This document shows, piece after piece, positions 23,069 to 34,279 of a stretch of DNA of 64,000 nucleotides (the stretch's first letter is position 1; every line of letters begins with the position of its first letter). This stretch comes from Lophium mytilinum (lineage: Eukaryota): assembly GCA_010093605.1 (NCBI GenBank), contig MU004187.1:1496018-1560017 (forward strand), written 5' to 3'. A model generated the notes under the pieces. It did no database searches, was not told where the DNA came from, and saw only the letters and a program-made list of their open reading frames with translations. The translations under genes and the position numbers were made by a program.

Positions 23069-25043
23069 ATGGAAAGCACCGTGCAGCTCCCGAAGATCGT
23101 CCTCTTTGGCGACTCGCTGACGGACTGGGGTTTCGATGAATACAATGGTGGTTTCGGATGGGCATTGGAAGAAGAATACAAGGACAAGGCAGAGGTGCTC
23201 AACGAAGGTATGCTACGCGATACTTCATGCGAGATAGCGATTTCAAACTTAATCGCTAACCCCCGACAACCAGGTCGCGCAGGGTAAGGAAACCATCCGC
23301 AGATCAGATAAACTCAGGGTCCTGATCTGATCTTCCACGAGCTCACCGATTGTGTACATGCAGGTGTGGCGCCCGTTCCTGCCTATTGGCTTACTCAGCA
23401 CGATACTGTATATCTATCCTTCCGTTGTAGCTAGCTTCCTCCCTCACTCATCAAACAATACAATACTTGACCATCACCGAGCCGCTGCTGAACGAACTCT
23501 ATCACAGCTGGCGCCCGACGAGAGGCAGCAGTCATAACAGAGCTCAGGAAGATGGAAGATAGCAGCAATTGGATGGATCCTGCTTCGCTGTCCGGGACAC
23601 AAGCAGTCATCGGTCGTCTAGGGCGGTCGAGATACCTGCCGTTAGGAACGTGCAGATGCGGTTGGAGTCCGGGACTTCGACTATGGGCCACACATTCACC
23701 GTCAGGGACACCGAACAACAGCATCAAGTCATGATTCTCCTTGTCAGGGACACATTGAATCAACATACCAGTTGGACTGGAACCCCTCTACGGCATACAC
23801 ATCTCACTCCCGAATACATCAACTCCAGCCATCACCGACATCCCCTTATGATGGCACCCCATAACAGCATACACATCCTCGACATCAGCGATCTAGAGGA
23901 GGATAACGGGCATCACATTCAACCTCATGCACGACAGTACTTGATTCTGGACATCCACAACAGGCACCTTTCAAAGCAGCATCTGTACACTATTCACAAA
24001 CCCACATTCGCTGTTCAGGAGGAAGGAGCATTTGACATGGAGACTTGGAAGGAGATTTGGGAGGACACTCATTCACATCTGTACTCCACTACCCTAGCAC
24101 CACATCTACCTTGGAGATACTCACTGGTTGCGAGCTGATGCTCTTAGTCTCAAAATGGGGGTGGCTGTGGCGCCCGTTCCTGCCTATTGGCTTACTCAGC
24201 ACGATACTGTATATCTATCCTTCCGTTGTAGCTAGCTTCCTCCCTCACTCATCAAACAATACAATACTTGACCATCACCGAGCCGCTGCTGAACGAACTC
24301 TATCACACAGGTATACATCGTCGATGCTTAGGCCCAACTTTGAGAAGATAATTTCGCGAGCGAAGAATCCGAACGCGCCCCCCACTCTCTTCTTCACCAT
24401 TTTTCTCGGAGCGAACGATGCTTGTCTACCCCCATGGTCCGGCCACGTCCCGCTGGTAGAGTATGAGGCGAATTTGAGGGCGTTCGTGGAGACGATCTTG
24501 TCCACGAAGGACTCCTTGGCAGACACCAAAATTGTGCTTATCACTCCACCTCCGATCAACATCCGCGACGCACTGCCAGATTACCCGGATGGGTCCGACA
24601 GCGAGGACTTGCAGGCGTCTCTGGAGGAGGAGAAAAAGTCAAGTGGCTACCGCACTTATATGAGCAAGAAACAGTACGCCGAAAAAGCCATGGAGATTGC
24701 GGAATCATACGGAGCAGTCACAGATAGAGTCATCGGTTTGAACCTCTGGAAAAGCCTAATAGACACCGCACTTGAACAGCAAGGCAGACTGCACGCTGAA
24801 GATGCTTACGATGAGAAAAAGCTGCCAGGATGCGGACTTCCTGGCGCCAAGGAATTCGAGGAGGGCTTCTTCACAGATGGGTTGCATTTCGGTCCCTCGG
24901 TGAGTTTGATGCTCTATTGAAATATATAGCGAGACGCTAACCACTACTCATGCGACGATCTTCAGACCTACAAGCTGCTTTCAGAGGATTTGATCACCGC
25001 CGTGCTTCAGAAGTGGCCGGAACTAGGGAGGTATAAGCTCTGA
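23069..25043 (+). CDS. SGNH/GDSL hydrolase, IAH1-like esterase; intron 2 carries a TRIM-like insertion
   Basis: Contains FGDSLT (block I), LNEG|RAG|YTS (block II, split by a 10-nt microexon at 23274-23283), FLGANDA (block III) and DGLH (block V). Exons: 23069-23207, 23274-23283, 24311-~24899, ~24966-25043. Confidence 0.85.
23365..23506 (+). repeat. 5' LTR of the TRIM-like element
   Basis: TGTGGCGCCCGTTCC...GAACTCTATCACA, identical by eye to 24166-24307. Confidence 0.92.
24166..24307 (+). repeat. 3' LTR of the TRIM-like element
   Basis: Identical copy of 23365-23506, preceded by the PPT and followed by the CAGG TSD. Confidence 0.92.
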
Positions 25044-25175
25044 TCAGTCGCGAATGTATACAGTGTCGCTACACTTTCGCTGCACATCATGACTGCATGC
25101 TTTCGTTTACATTTACATTCAGCGTGGGACTAAATGGCACACACGTGGTTTGGCTAGCTACGCCATGTTCCCTGA

Positions 25176-26353
25176 TCAGCCACGGTTCAGCGTGTTTCCT
25201 GAACCTTTCGGGTTATCTTCTTTGAACTCATCCCATGCACGCGCCTTCATCGTCTCTGCATCTGCAGCTACCAGATCGTCCTCGTTCGGCTCAGGGCGGA
25301 TCCCGGACTGCTCACCACCCCCTTCGATCATCCCACCTCTTCGCTTCTCCTCCTCTAGATACTCATCGATCGTCATGGTTGGGAGGCTGTGATCAGGCCT
25401 GAAGACGCCTTGTTTCAACACCTGTCGGTTGTCTAGCAACGTGAATGGTCGCAGAGGCTTGCCGTCGCTGCTCAGGATGGGGCCGGATGACCTCAATCCC
25501 CCAACGAGGGGGTTATCTAAGCGCTCAGAATACCCGTCCCCTCTATCTTCTTGGCGAGAGTCACCTGGGTTCTGAGGCTGTCCTGCAGGCGGTGCCGGCG
25601 GAGCTAAGGCAAGGATCTTCAACTCTTGCGCGCATGACTCTAGAGACTGAAATGTTTGGTGAACGCACAGTGCAATGTTAGTCATGTGGAGCTGCCTCAA
25701 GGCTGCATCGTCGTTCTCTAGCGCCGTGGGGTTCTGTCTGAGATACTGCAACCACTACATGAGCAAGCTTCTCAACGGCAGATTACGGAGTCGAGGCTAC
25801 GGACCTCTAATTTTCGTTTCAGCTCCTTTTCCTCCTTAAACCGCGAGATCTTCATCTCGCGTCGGGCAGCGGCGTCCGTCATTGATGCCGTAGAAAACTC
25901 GTCGCGAGCGTCGAGATAGCGCTCAAGCAGCCTAGCGTCAGACTTGGAGAGCACGTCGTACGAATCCAATAGTTTCAGGAACATCTCGTAGCAAACTTGC
26001 GCCCGCTTGATGTAGGCCTTCCGGTTGCCCCCCGTGATTTTCAAAATCAGCTCAGCGAGGTGGTAGTTAAGTGGCATGTATCTGTGAAATTTAATGTCTG
26101 CTCAAACCTAGCCCCATGGCTTCAAAGACACGTACTGCAAGTCCCCGCTCGAGATGTCATCGAGTGTCTCATTGGGGCTGTAGAGTGAGACCTGCTCTGC
26201 TACACGCAAACATTCTTCGTACGTGGCGATTGCCGCCGTGAGATTCTCCTGGTAGGCAGTGCTGTTGGAATCCCAGGATTTCTCGAGCTGGTCGCGCCGT
26301 CTTTCCGCTTCTACGAACAGCCCTCTTATGCTTTTAGGCTGGTCTTCGTCCAT
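25176..26353 (-). CDS. TAP42: Tap42/alpha4 PP2A-associated TOR effector, 3 exons
   Basis: Contains SPNETLDDISSGDLQY, DAAARREMKISRFKEEKELK, GKPLRPFTLL, LPTMTIDEYLEEE and KARAWDEFKEDNPKGSGNTLNRG*. Confidence 0.95.
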
Positions 26354-26888
26354 TGTTTCGTTGTTAGGCGCGAGTGTCGCAGCGGATGGTGTTGTTCCGG
26401 GGTTGTCTTAGGCCTGTTCTGAGATAGATGTAGATCCTTATCTAATCAGCACGTGACCGCGAGTGTCTAACGCGACGACACGCCTTCTCTGCCCCACCAA
26501 CCTCACTCCAACAGAACTTCTGGATAATGAGGCCTAATGAACGAAACTTCGGTGCACCGTTTGATCTATATCGCTGACTGGTAGCTCCGCTTCACTTACT
26601 CTTCATGCTCTTTCGTCTCAGCTCTCAAGTTCTGCCGATTCCGTGTTTGATGTCCCATTTCACAACCTCATGATGATTGTTACCATCGCCGGATCACAGC
26701 ATCCACGAGTTTGCACACCGCTTGTTCGCGATACGCTAGGACCCGAGTCCCCTGACCCGAAGGGCGGGTTTCTTCCTTGTACGTGGCTAATTAACTAACC
26801 TCCCACCTTTGACAACTGCCTCCACTCCATTCCTACTGTTCCAACTATCAATTCTCCTCCCTATCCATAGTTGTATACTTGTACAACA

Positions 26889-29800
26889 ATGGAGCTCGAG
26901 GAACCCTATCTAGAGGAGGAACTAGACAGTGACGAGGAGCGAGAGTTAATAAACGGTGCAGGGACCGATCACAGCGATGACGAGTCTGACATCGACATCG
27001 ACTACGACGTCGCCCATGCTCATGCTCCTAAGACCTCGTCCGAGAAGCGCAAGGCCCAAAACGAGGTTTTCGTGGCATGGGCGAACAAGAGGACAGAAGA
27101 AATCACGGAAAAAGAGGTAAAGCAGGCCATTCAGGGCGCCGACGACGAGACCTTGTCTATCAAAGACATTCTCGCAAAACAAGATGTCAGCGCAACGATT
27201 ACGAGTCCTCGAGACTACCAGATGGAGCTGTTTGAGAAAGCGAAGCAGGAGAACATCATTGCTGTTCTTGACACCGGTTCTGGCAAGACTCACATCGCGA
27301 CTCTGCTCCTCCGTCACATCCTCGATGGAGAGCTTGAGAGCCGAGCAAAGGAGAACGCCCCTAGGCTTGCTTTCTTTCTCGTAAGTCCTTCAAAGCACCA
27401 CGTATCATATCATCACAATTAATTCACCCGTAGGTGGACTCCGTCAATCTGGTCTTCCAGCAGACCAACGTTCTTCAGTGCGGTCTCGACCACAATGTTG
27501 TCGGCTTGTGCGGTTCGATGGGCGTCGACCTCTGGGAAGCTAAGACGTGGGACAAGCATTTTGCTGGCAACATGGTGATTGTTTGCACCGCGGAAGTTCT
27601 CGTCCAATGCTTGATGCACTCGTTCATCAACATGGGTAGGATCAATCTTCTCATCTTTGATGAGGCTCACCACGCCAAGAAGAATCATGCATACGCCCGG
27701 TACTGTCACTTTATCCTACTCAGCCTGGTAAATTGCTGACGTTCCAAATCAATAGGATACTCAAGGATTATTACATGGCGGAAACCGATATGTTCAAGCG
27801 ACCAAAGATCTTTGGAATGACGGCTTCGCCGGTCGATGCCAAGGTCGACGTAAAGCAAGCAGCGATGTAATCTTCCCAAATATCCTCCCCTGAATCTTTG
27901 CTAACGAGTACCAGCGAACTTGAAACCCTGTTGCATTGCAAAATTGCGACCACTTCTGATCTGACTATGATGCAGAATCAGATCAGCAAGCCTTTCGAGA
28001 ATGTGGTGTACTACGATGCCCTCACAGCTCCTTTTGAGACCCAGTTGCACCAACAGCTGAAAGCTCGCTTCGGGGATCTACGGCCTTTCCAGAACTTGTT
28101 CAGAGTCTCCAAAGAAATCAGCTCCGAGCTAGGTAGATGGGCCGCCGACATCTACTGGTCTTCTGCATTTTCGGAGGAAGAGGAGCGAAAGACTGAAATG
28201 CGACAAGAGAGGCGCTTCCATGCCCAAAAAGTAGCAAAGCCAATGGCGAAACTCGACGAAGAAGTGGCTCTGCTGCGCCAAGCTGCGGAGGTCGTGAAGA
28301 ACTTTGACTTTGGCATCCCGAAGGAAGATCTCAACGACATCAGCTCCAAAGTCAAATCCCTTGTCGAATGGCTCCAACTGTATTTCAGCAGACCAACAGA
28401 ATCCCGTTGCATAGTCTTTGTCGAACGTCGCTATACTGCGCGACTTCTATTGCTCATCGCCAAACATCTTGGCGGGTCGTATCTTCGTGGTGGAATGCTT
28501 GTCGGGGTCAACTCCACCGCTGGAGATGTCAACGTCTCGCTACGACAACAGATTCTCACGGTGGCGAGCTTCAGAAAGGGTGAGCTGAACTGCCTTTTCG
28601 CAACATCAGTGGCGGAAGAGGGCCTGGATATTCCCCAGTGCAACTTGATCGTCCGATTCGATCTCTACCGGACGATGATATCCTACGTCCAGTCAAGGGG
28701 TCGGGCACGCCACACAAACTCAAAATACCTACATATGGTTGAGAGGGGCCATCTTGCACAGGGCCAAATCGTAAACGAGGCTCGAAGCGCAGAAATAATA
28801 ATGCGCACATTTTGTCAACAGCTGCCAGCTGATCGGCTCATAGATGTGCTTGACGCGGACGTTGCGGACGAACTTGCGAAGCAAAGAGGCCTTCGAAGCT
28901 TCACTGATCCTGTAACCGGAGCGAAGCTTACCTACTCCTCAAGTCTTGGAGTCCTCGCACATTTCTGTGCTTGCCTACCACAAGGAGAAGAGGCGGTTTC
29001 ACAGCCAACCTATATCATAGCCCGGCATGGGGGGAAATTCATCTGCGAAGTGATACTTCCAGAGGCTTCACCTGTTCGCTCCGCCTTGGGTATCGCCGCA
29101 AGCAAGAAGTCCATTGCAAAGCAAGGTGCTGCATTCGAAGCGTGTATCGCGCTTAGGAAGGGCAGATACATCAATGCACATCTACTCCCGATCTATACCA
29201 AGCAGCTTCCTGCCATGCGGAACGCTCAGCTTGCGCTCGATGTTAGGAAGAAGGACCTATACCCGATGCGCACCAAGCCGGACTTCTGGAATTATGGCCG
29301 AGGCGAGCGCCCAAAGACTCTCTACATGACCGTGCTCGATTTGGACAATGGCTTGGAGAGACCTCATACGCCAATCTGTCTGCTCACCCGTCAGAAGTTT
29401 CCCGCGATGCCTGTCTTCCCTCTCTATCTTACAAACGGAACGCAGACTGGCGTCACATCTGTATCTCTCGAAAAGTCCTTCGAGGTATCAGAGGAACAGT
29501 TAGAGCAGCTTACGCTGGTGACTCTGCGAGTCTATCATGACATTTTTGCCAAGCTATTTGAGAATGACGCCTCGAAGATGAGTTATTGGCTGGTCCCTTT
29601 CAAGCCGATCGGTTCGCCACTTGATCCAAGCCACGACAACCCGTGTGATCTCATCAATTGGGAGGATGTAAACATGATCTATCGTTATGATAACGACGCA
29701 CGATGGACCCCCGAGGTTCCTAATGAGAGCTTGGCAAATCGATTCATTGTCGATTTGTGGGATGGTGGACGTAGGTTCTTCTCTATCGCTGTGGATCCGA

Positions 29801-31707
29801 GCAAGACACCCTTGGATCCCGTTCCCTCTACGGCTCCGCGCAACAAGAGATTCAACGACAACATCCTGGACTATTCCGTCAGCCTTTGGACGAAGTCAAG
29901 AACTATCCGAAAATGGGACCTGTCGCAACCAGTTGTCGCAGTCGAGAAAGTTCCATTCAGGCGCAATCTTTTGGCACCGATTGAGACCGATGACGAGATT
30001 GTTTCACAGTGCTCGGCTTATGTGTGTCCGGAGCCTTTGAGATTCTCATCTGTAAGTTGGTTTCAAGATTTTTTTGAGGCATCTGCTGACATAGAGCAGC
30101 TGCCTGCCAACTTCGTAGCCACGTGTTATACCTTCCCCGCCATCGTCCATCGTTTTGATTCGTATCTCATTGCCTTGGATGCCTGCAAAGTCTCCGGTCT
30201 CAGAGTCTGCCCTTCGCTCGCATTAGAGGCTTTGACAAAAGACTCTGATAACACTGATGACCACGAAGGAGAGAAGATCAACATTAGATCCGGTATGGGG
30301 CCAAACTACGAGCGTCTTGAGTTCATGGGCGATTGTTTCTTGAAGATGGCAACGTCAATTTCGGTATTCGTTCAACGGCCGGACGATAACGAATTCGAAT
30401 TCCATGTGAGGCGCATGTTGCTCCTATGCAATAAGAATCTCTTCAAGACGGCCAGAAAATTGCACCTCTATGAATACGTGCGTAGTATGGCGTTTTCTCG
30501 GCGACTGTGGTACCCGGAAGGTTTGAAGCTTTTGCAGGGGAAAGGAGCCAAGAAAACTAGAGACGATGTCGTCAGGGTCCGTCTAGGAGATAAATCTGTG
30601 GCCGATATCTGCGAAGCCCTCATCGGTGCCGCTTTTATGGAGGATAACAAACTCGGCACATTCGAGCCGGCGAGATGGGATCAAGCTGTAAAGGCGGTCA
30701 ACGTTATGGTTGACAACGAAGACCATAAGATGGAGAAATGGGCGGATTACTACAAAGCCTACTCGATGCCAAAGTATCAGTACGTCGAAGCCACACAATC
30801 CCAACTCAACCTAGCTGCGCAAATTGAGCAGAAGCACCCGTACCATTTCAAATGGCCCCGACTGCTCCGCTCCGCGTTCATCCACCCTTCTCAATCTTAC
30901 ATGTGGGAAAAGATCCCTCACTACCAGCGACTCGAGTTTCTTGGTGACTCTCTCCTCGACATGGTATTCGTGGCACACCTCTTCTACGGCCATCCCACCA
31001 AAGACCCTCAATGGCTCACCGAACACAAAATGCCTATGGTGTCGAACAAATTCCTCGGCGCCCTCTGCGTCAAGCTGGACTTCCACGTCCACCTTCGCCA
31101 CAACAACCAGGCCCTACAGCACCAGATTCGCGAGTACGTCACTGAGGTGAAAGAAGCGGAGCGCGAGGCCAACGGCTCGCCAGACTACTGGACGACGGTC
31201 AGCGAGCCCCCAAAATGCTTGGCTGATATCATCGAAGCGTTCGTCGGCGCACTGTTTGTCGACTCGGAGTTCGACTTCAATACCGTCCAACAGTTCTTCG
31301 ATTTGCATGTCAAGCCCTACTTCGAAGACATGAGCATTTACGACACCTTTGCGAACAATCACCCTACGACCAAGTTGACAAAATTACTCCAGGTCGATCT
31401 TGGCTGCCAGGAGTGGCGCATTGCGACGCGTATGTGCGATTCCGTCATCCCGGGTGCGCGTCCAACGGTGGTGGCGATGGTGCTTGTGCATATGAAGGTC
31501 ATTGCGGATGGCACGGCAGTGAGTGGACGGTATGCGCGCATCAAGGCGAGTAACAACGGGTTGGAACTGCTCGAGGGTCTGCCACAGTTTGAGTTTAGGC
31601 AGCGGTTCGGATGCGATTGTCAGGAGGTTGACGAGGGTCTTATGGAAGTTGACAAGACAAAAGAGGAGCTGGAGGCGGAGGCAGATAGGATGGGCAGTGC
31701 GATTTGA
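26889..31707 (+). CDS. DCL1: Dicer-like protein 1 (DExH helicase, Dicer dimerisation/DUF283, PAZ-like, two RNase III domains)
   Basis: Contains [67 protein letters not shown] and a C-terminal GCDC. Introns at ~27381-27433, ~27700-27754, ~27867-27914 and 30052-30099. Confidence 0.95.
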
Positions 31708-31951
31708 AGCCTTCCACGAGAGCTATGGGTTCGATTGACTTGCTTCTGCCCCGAAGGTAGGTCTTGACTGATCAGATAGAGGCAAAAAGCGTAGGGGGAG
31801 AAAAGTGTCTCTATGGATATTTGGGTGTTATGCGAGATACCCAAGGAAGATGCAAGGAGTCTGCTCTTTGCATGATGACTTTTGGCAATTGCTAGGGGCT
31901 TTCCAGCCAGGTATATTTCTCTTCTAGATTCTTTCCCAAGTCTATTTCCTG

Positions 31952-33221
31952 CTACACATATGACACGACCCACCCGTCCACACCAACCTCATACTCCAGC
32001 ATATGCTCACTCCGTGATGCTCCCTCCCCACTGAACACGTGCACAACCTCGGCGTTACACTCCCCGTAATGCCCCATAAAGTCCAACTCCAGCCTCAACT
32101 CCCTTCCCTCTTCCAGCTCCTCCCGGAAGCTAATCACAAACGGCTCCGCCCGCGCCACCCGCCTACTATCTTTCAGCTTCACCGACTGCAGAAACGTCGC
32201 CGGTGTCCCGTCCACATCAACCCCGCTGATCTTAATCGAATGCCGCGGCTTCGAAGTCCCCTCGCTCTCCATCTCAACAACCAACCGCCGCCGCAGTACA
32301 AACGGCGGAATTGGAATCCCTAATTTCGCCATAACACGCGTCATCAGCTCGTCCGTCTTCGAGTAAACCCGCAGAGCAGTCAGGTCATCGAGCGGCGTGG
32401 GCTGTAGGTTACAGATCACCAACTTCCCAGCCTTCCGCGTACCAACGACTGCTGGGATTTCGTTCGCCGGTGTCACAGTAAGGGAGGAGCCGAGCACGAG
32501 ACACAGATCTGCTTTCTTGGCGTGTGCGAAGGCGGATGAGAGATGCTTGGCGGGTAGGTCTTCGCCGAAGTTGACTATGCTGTCGAGGAGGGGGCCGTTG
32601 CAATTTGGGAGGGCGCAGCGTCGGCCAGTGCGGTGGTCGTGGTCGTTTTTCTCATATGATGCGACAGCTCGGAAGTCTTTTTATGCGTTAGGAACGAGGG
32701 GAGATGGGGAAAGAAGGGGACATGTGTGTGTACCGCGGAGATATTCTTTCCCGCAGCTTTGGCAGTATTCACGATTGCTGTTGCCGTGGAGTTCGGATAT
32801 GCGGTCCTTCAAATCACAATCAATTTCAGTATCAAGTGTTCTCCTATTGTTATCGTTTAGATGGGGGACTCACGGGCAACGTCCCACTCCGCCTATGCAA
32901 CCCATCGCAGTTCTGACTAACGAGATACTTCAGCAACCCTCGATTCTGCAGTTCCACTAACGCCATGTGCGTGGGGGTCGGAATGGCCGTCAGTGTGTCG
33001 ACTTTTTGGGTGCGTTGCCGTCCTTGGGTTCGCAGTGTCCAGTTGCCCTCTGGACCGCGGAAGTCAGGGATGCCTGCAGAAGTTGATATCCCGGCACCCG
33101 TGAAAGCGATGAAGTGCTTGCTTTTCCGTATTTGGTCTACAAGAAGTTGTGCCTTTTTGTCGATTGCGGAAAGCGATTCTTGGAGTTCTGCTGGAGCGAT
33201 TTTGGGGGCGAAAGCGGACAT
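31952..33221 (-). CDS. class IV (SIRT6/7-like) NAD-dependent sirtuin, 3 exons
   Basis: Contains FTGAGISTSAGIPDFRGPEG, SQNCDGLH, ELHGNS..EYC..C, HRTGRRC...C, VNFGEDLP, LGSSLTV and ICNLQPTPLD. Introns 32873-32807 and 32733-32677 give an intact frame. Confidence 0.9.
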
Positions 33222-33534
33222 GATGGTACGCAAGACGAAGCACACTGCAACACGATATGAATAACTTGGACTATTTGAACTGAGATGATATGAAAATGGG
33301 AAAGAAGACTGAAGGGGTGTTACTTGAGTGCTAGTGTTGGGAAATGTCAAATGGGTCTCGCTAGGCAACAGTGAGATCTGCATGGACCAATAGAGTACCC
33401 TTGCTGTATCGTCGCGGACAGGCTTGCCCTTACCACCAGTCCAGTCACAACTCCGGATCCTTTTAATGTTTCTAGCGTCTAGCTATACGAGGTTCTTCTT
33501 CTAGCAACGATTCTGCCATGCCCAATATGCCAAC

Positions 33535-34035
33535 ATGCCAACGGCTGATATACCGGTTGCCTTCCAGTTAAACAGCAATTTTTACATTGCTAGACCTCTC
33601 ATACCTGTAAGCCGAAACCCAGCTCACCGGAGACTGACAAAGCTGATATCTGGGCTAGACGACCACTCTTGAGGAACATAGCGAGCACTATCCATTTGTG
33701 ACTTGTTTGCGTGTGCAGAAGAATCAAACAATCAACGCTAGTACTCTCCAAGCCTGGCGAACTGAATACCTGGATGAAGATGACGTCTTCGACTCAACGT
33801 TTCTTCAAGAAATTATCTTTGGCGGTGTAAAAGCCAGCGAATTACACGTGGGAAATGATGCGAAGGAATTGCTGAAAGATTGGCAGACACTGGTGGTCAG
33901 ATACGAACCTGATCTAGACGTTAGCAATGGTCCACACTACTGCGCTCAGGGTTACCTCCATTCAGTATGGAAGATTTACGAAGGTCGGCAGCTTCCTTTT
34001 GTACAAGCTACATGGCCATCGGCAGCCGGAAATAG
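33535..34035 (+). pseudogene. 5' exons of a fungal amidase-signature family gene interrupted by the retrotransposon nest
   Basis: MPTADIPVAFQLNSNFY|TTTLEE...YLDEDDVFDSTFL...GPHY...LHSVWKIYE resembles the N-terminal domain of fungal amidases. It ends at donor AG|GTATGC (34036). The start codon is uncertain. Confidence 0.7.
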
Positions 34036-34042
34036 GTATGCT

Positions 34043-34181
34043 TGTTGAAACTAGCTCGAGCTTAAAGCTAGCTAGGTTCTAACATAGGAGAATTAGGCCT
34101 AGTGTGGCGACGGATTAGTATATATAGAGCCCTAGCCCACCATCTATTTATTAATTAATTAATTAATTATACCTTTTAATA
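34043..34181 (+). repeat. Copia 5' LTR
   Basis: TGTTGAAACTAG...ACCTTTTAATA; differs from 58379-58517 only by C/T and G/A transitions. Confidence 0.92.
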
Positions 34182-34279
34182 GGTTATAAGCCCGGGTTTT
34201 TATAAGCTAAGTATTAGCTTATTTAATTAAAAACTATATAACTAAATTAAATAGGGGTAAGATAATAGATAATATCTAT

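Larger units (their letters stand above)
23365..24307 (+). mobile_element. TRIM-like non-autonomous miniature LTR retrotransposon (943 bp)
   Basis: Identical 142-bp TG...CA direct repeats at 23365-23506 and 24166-24307. PBS-like TGGCGCCCGACG lies 2 nt after the 5' LTR and the purine tract AAAATGGGGGTGGC precedes the 3' LTR. CAGG TSD at 23361-64 and 24308-11. No RT or integrase. Confidence 0.9.

Noticed and set aside
24045..24310. N-terminal part of ORF 24045-24920 as the esterase N-terminus
   Set aside because: It is read-through of TRIM interior and LTR sequence; the true N-terminus with FGDSL is at 23069.
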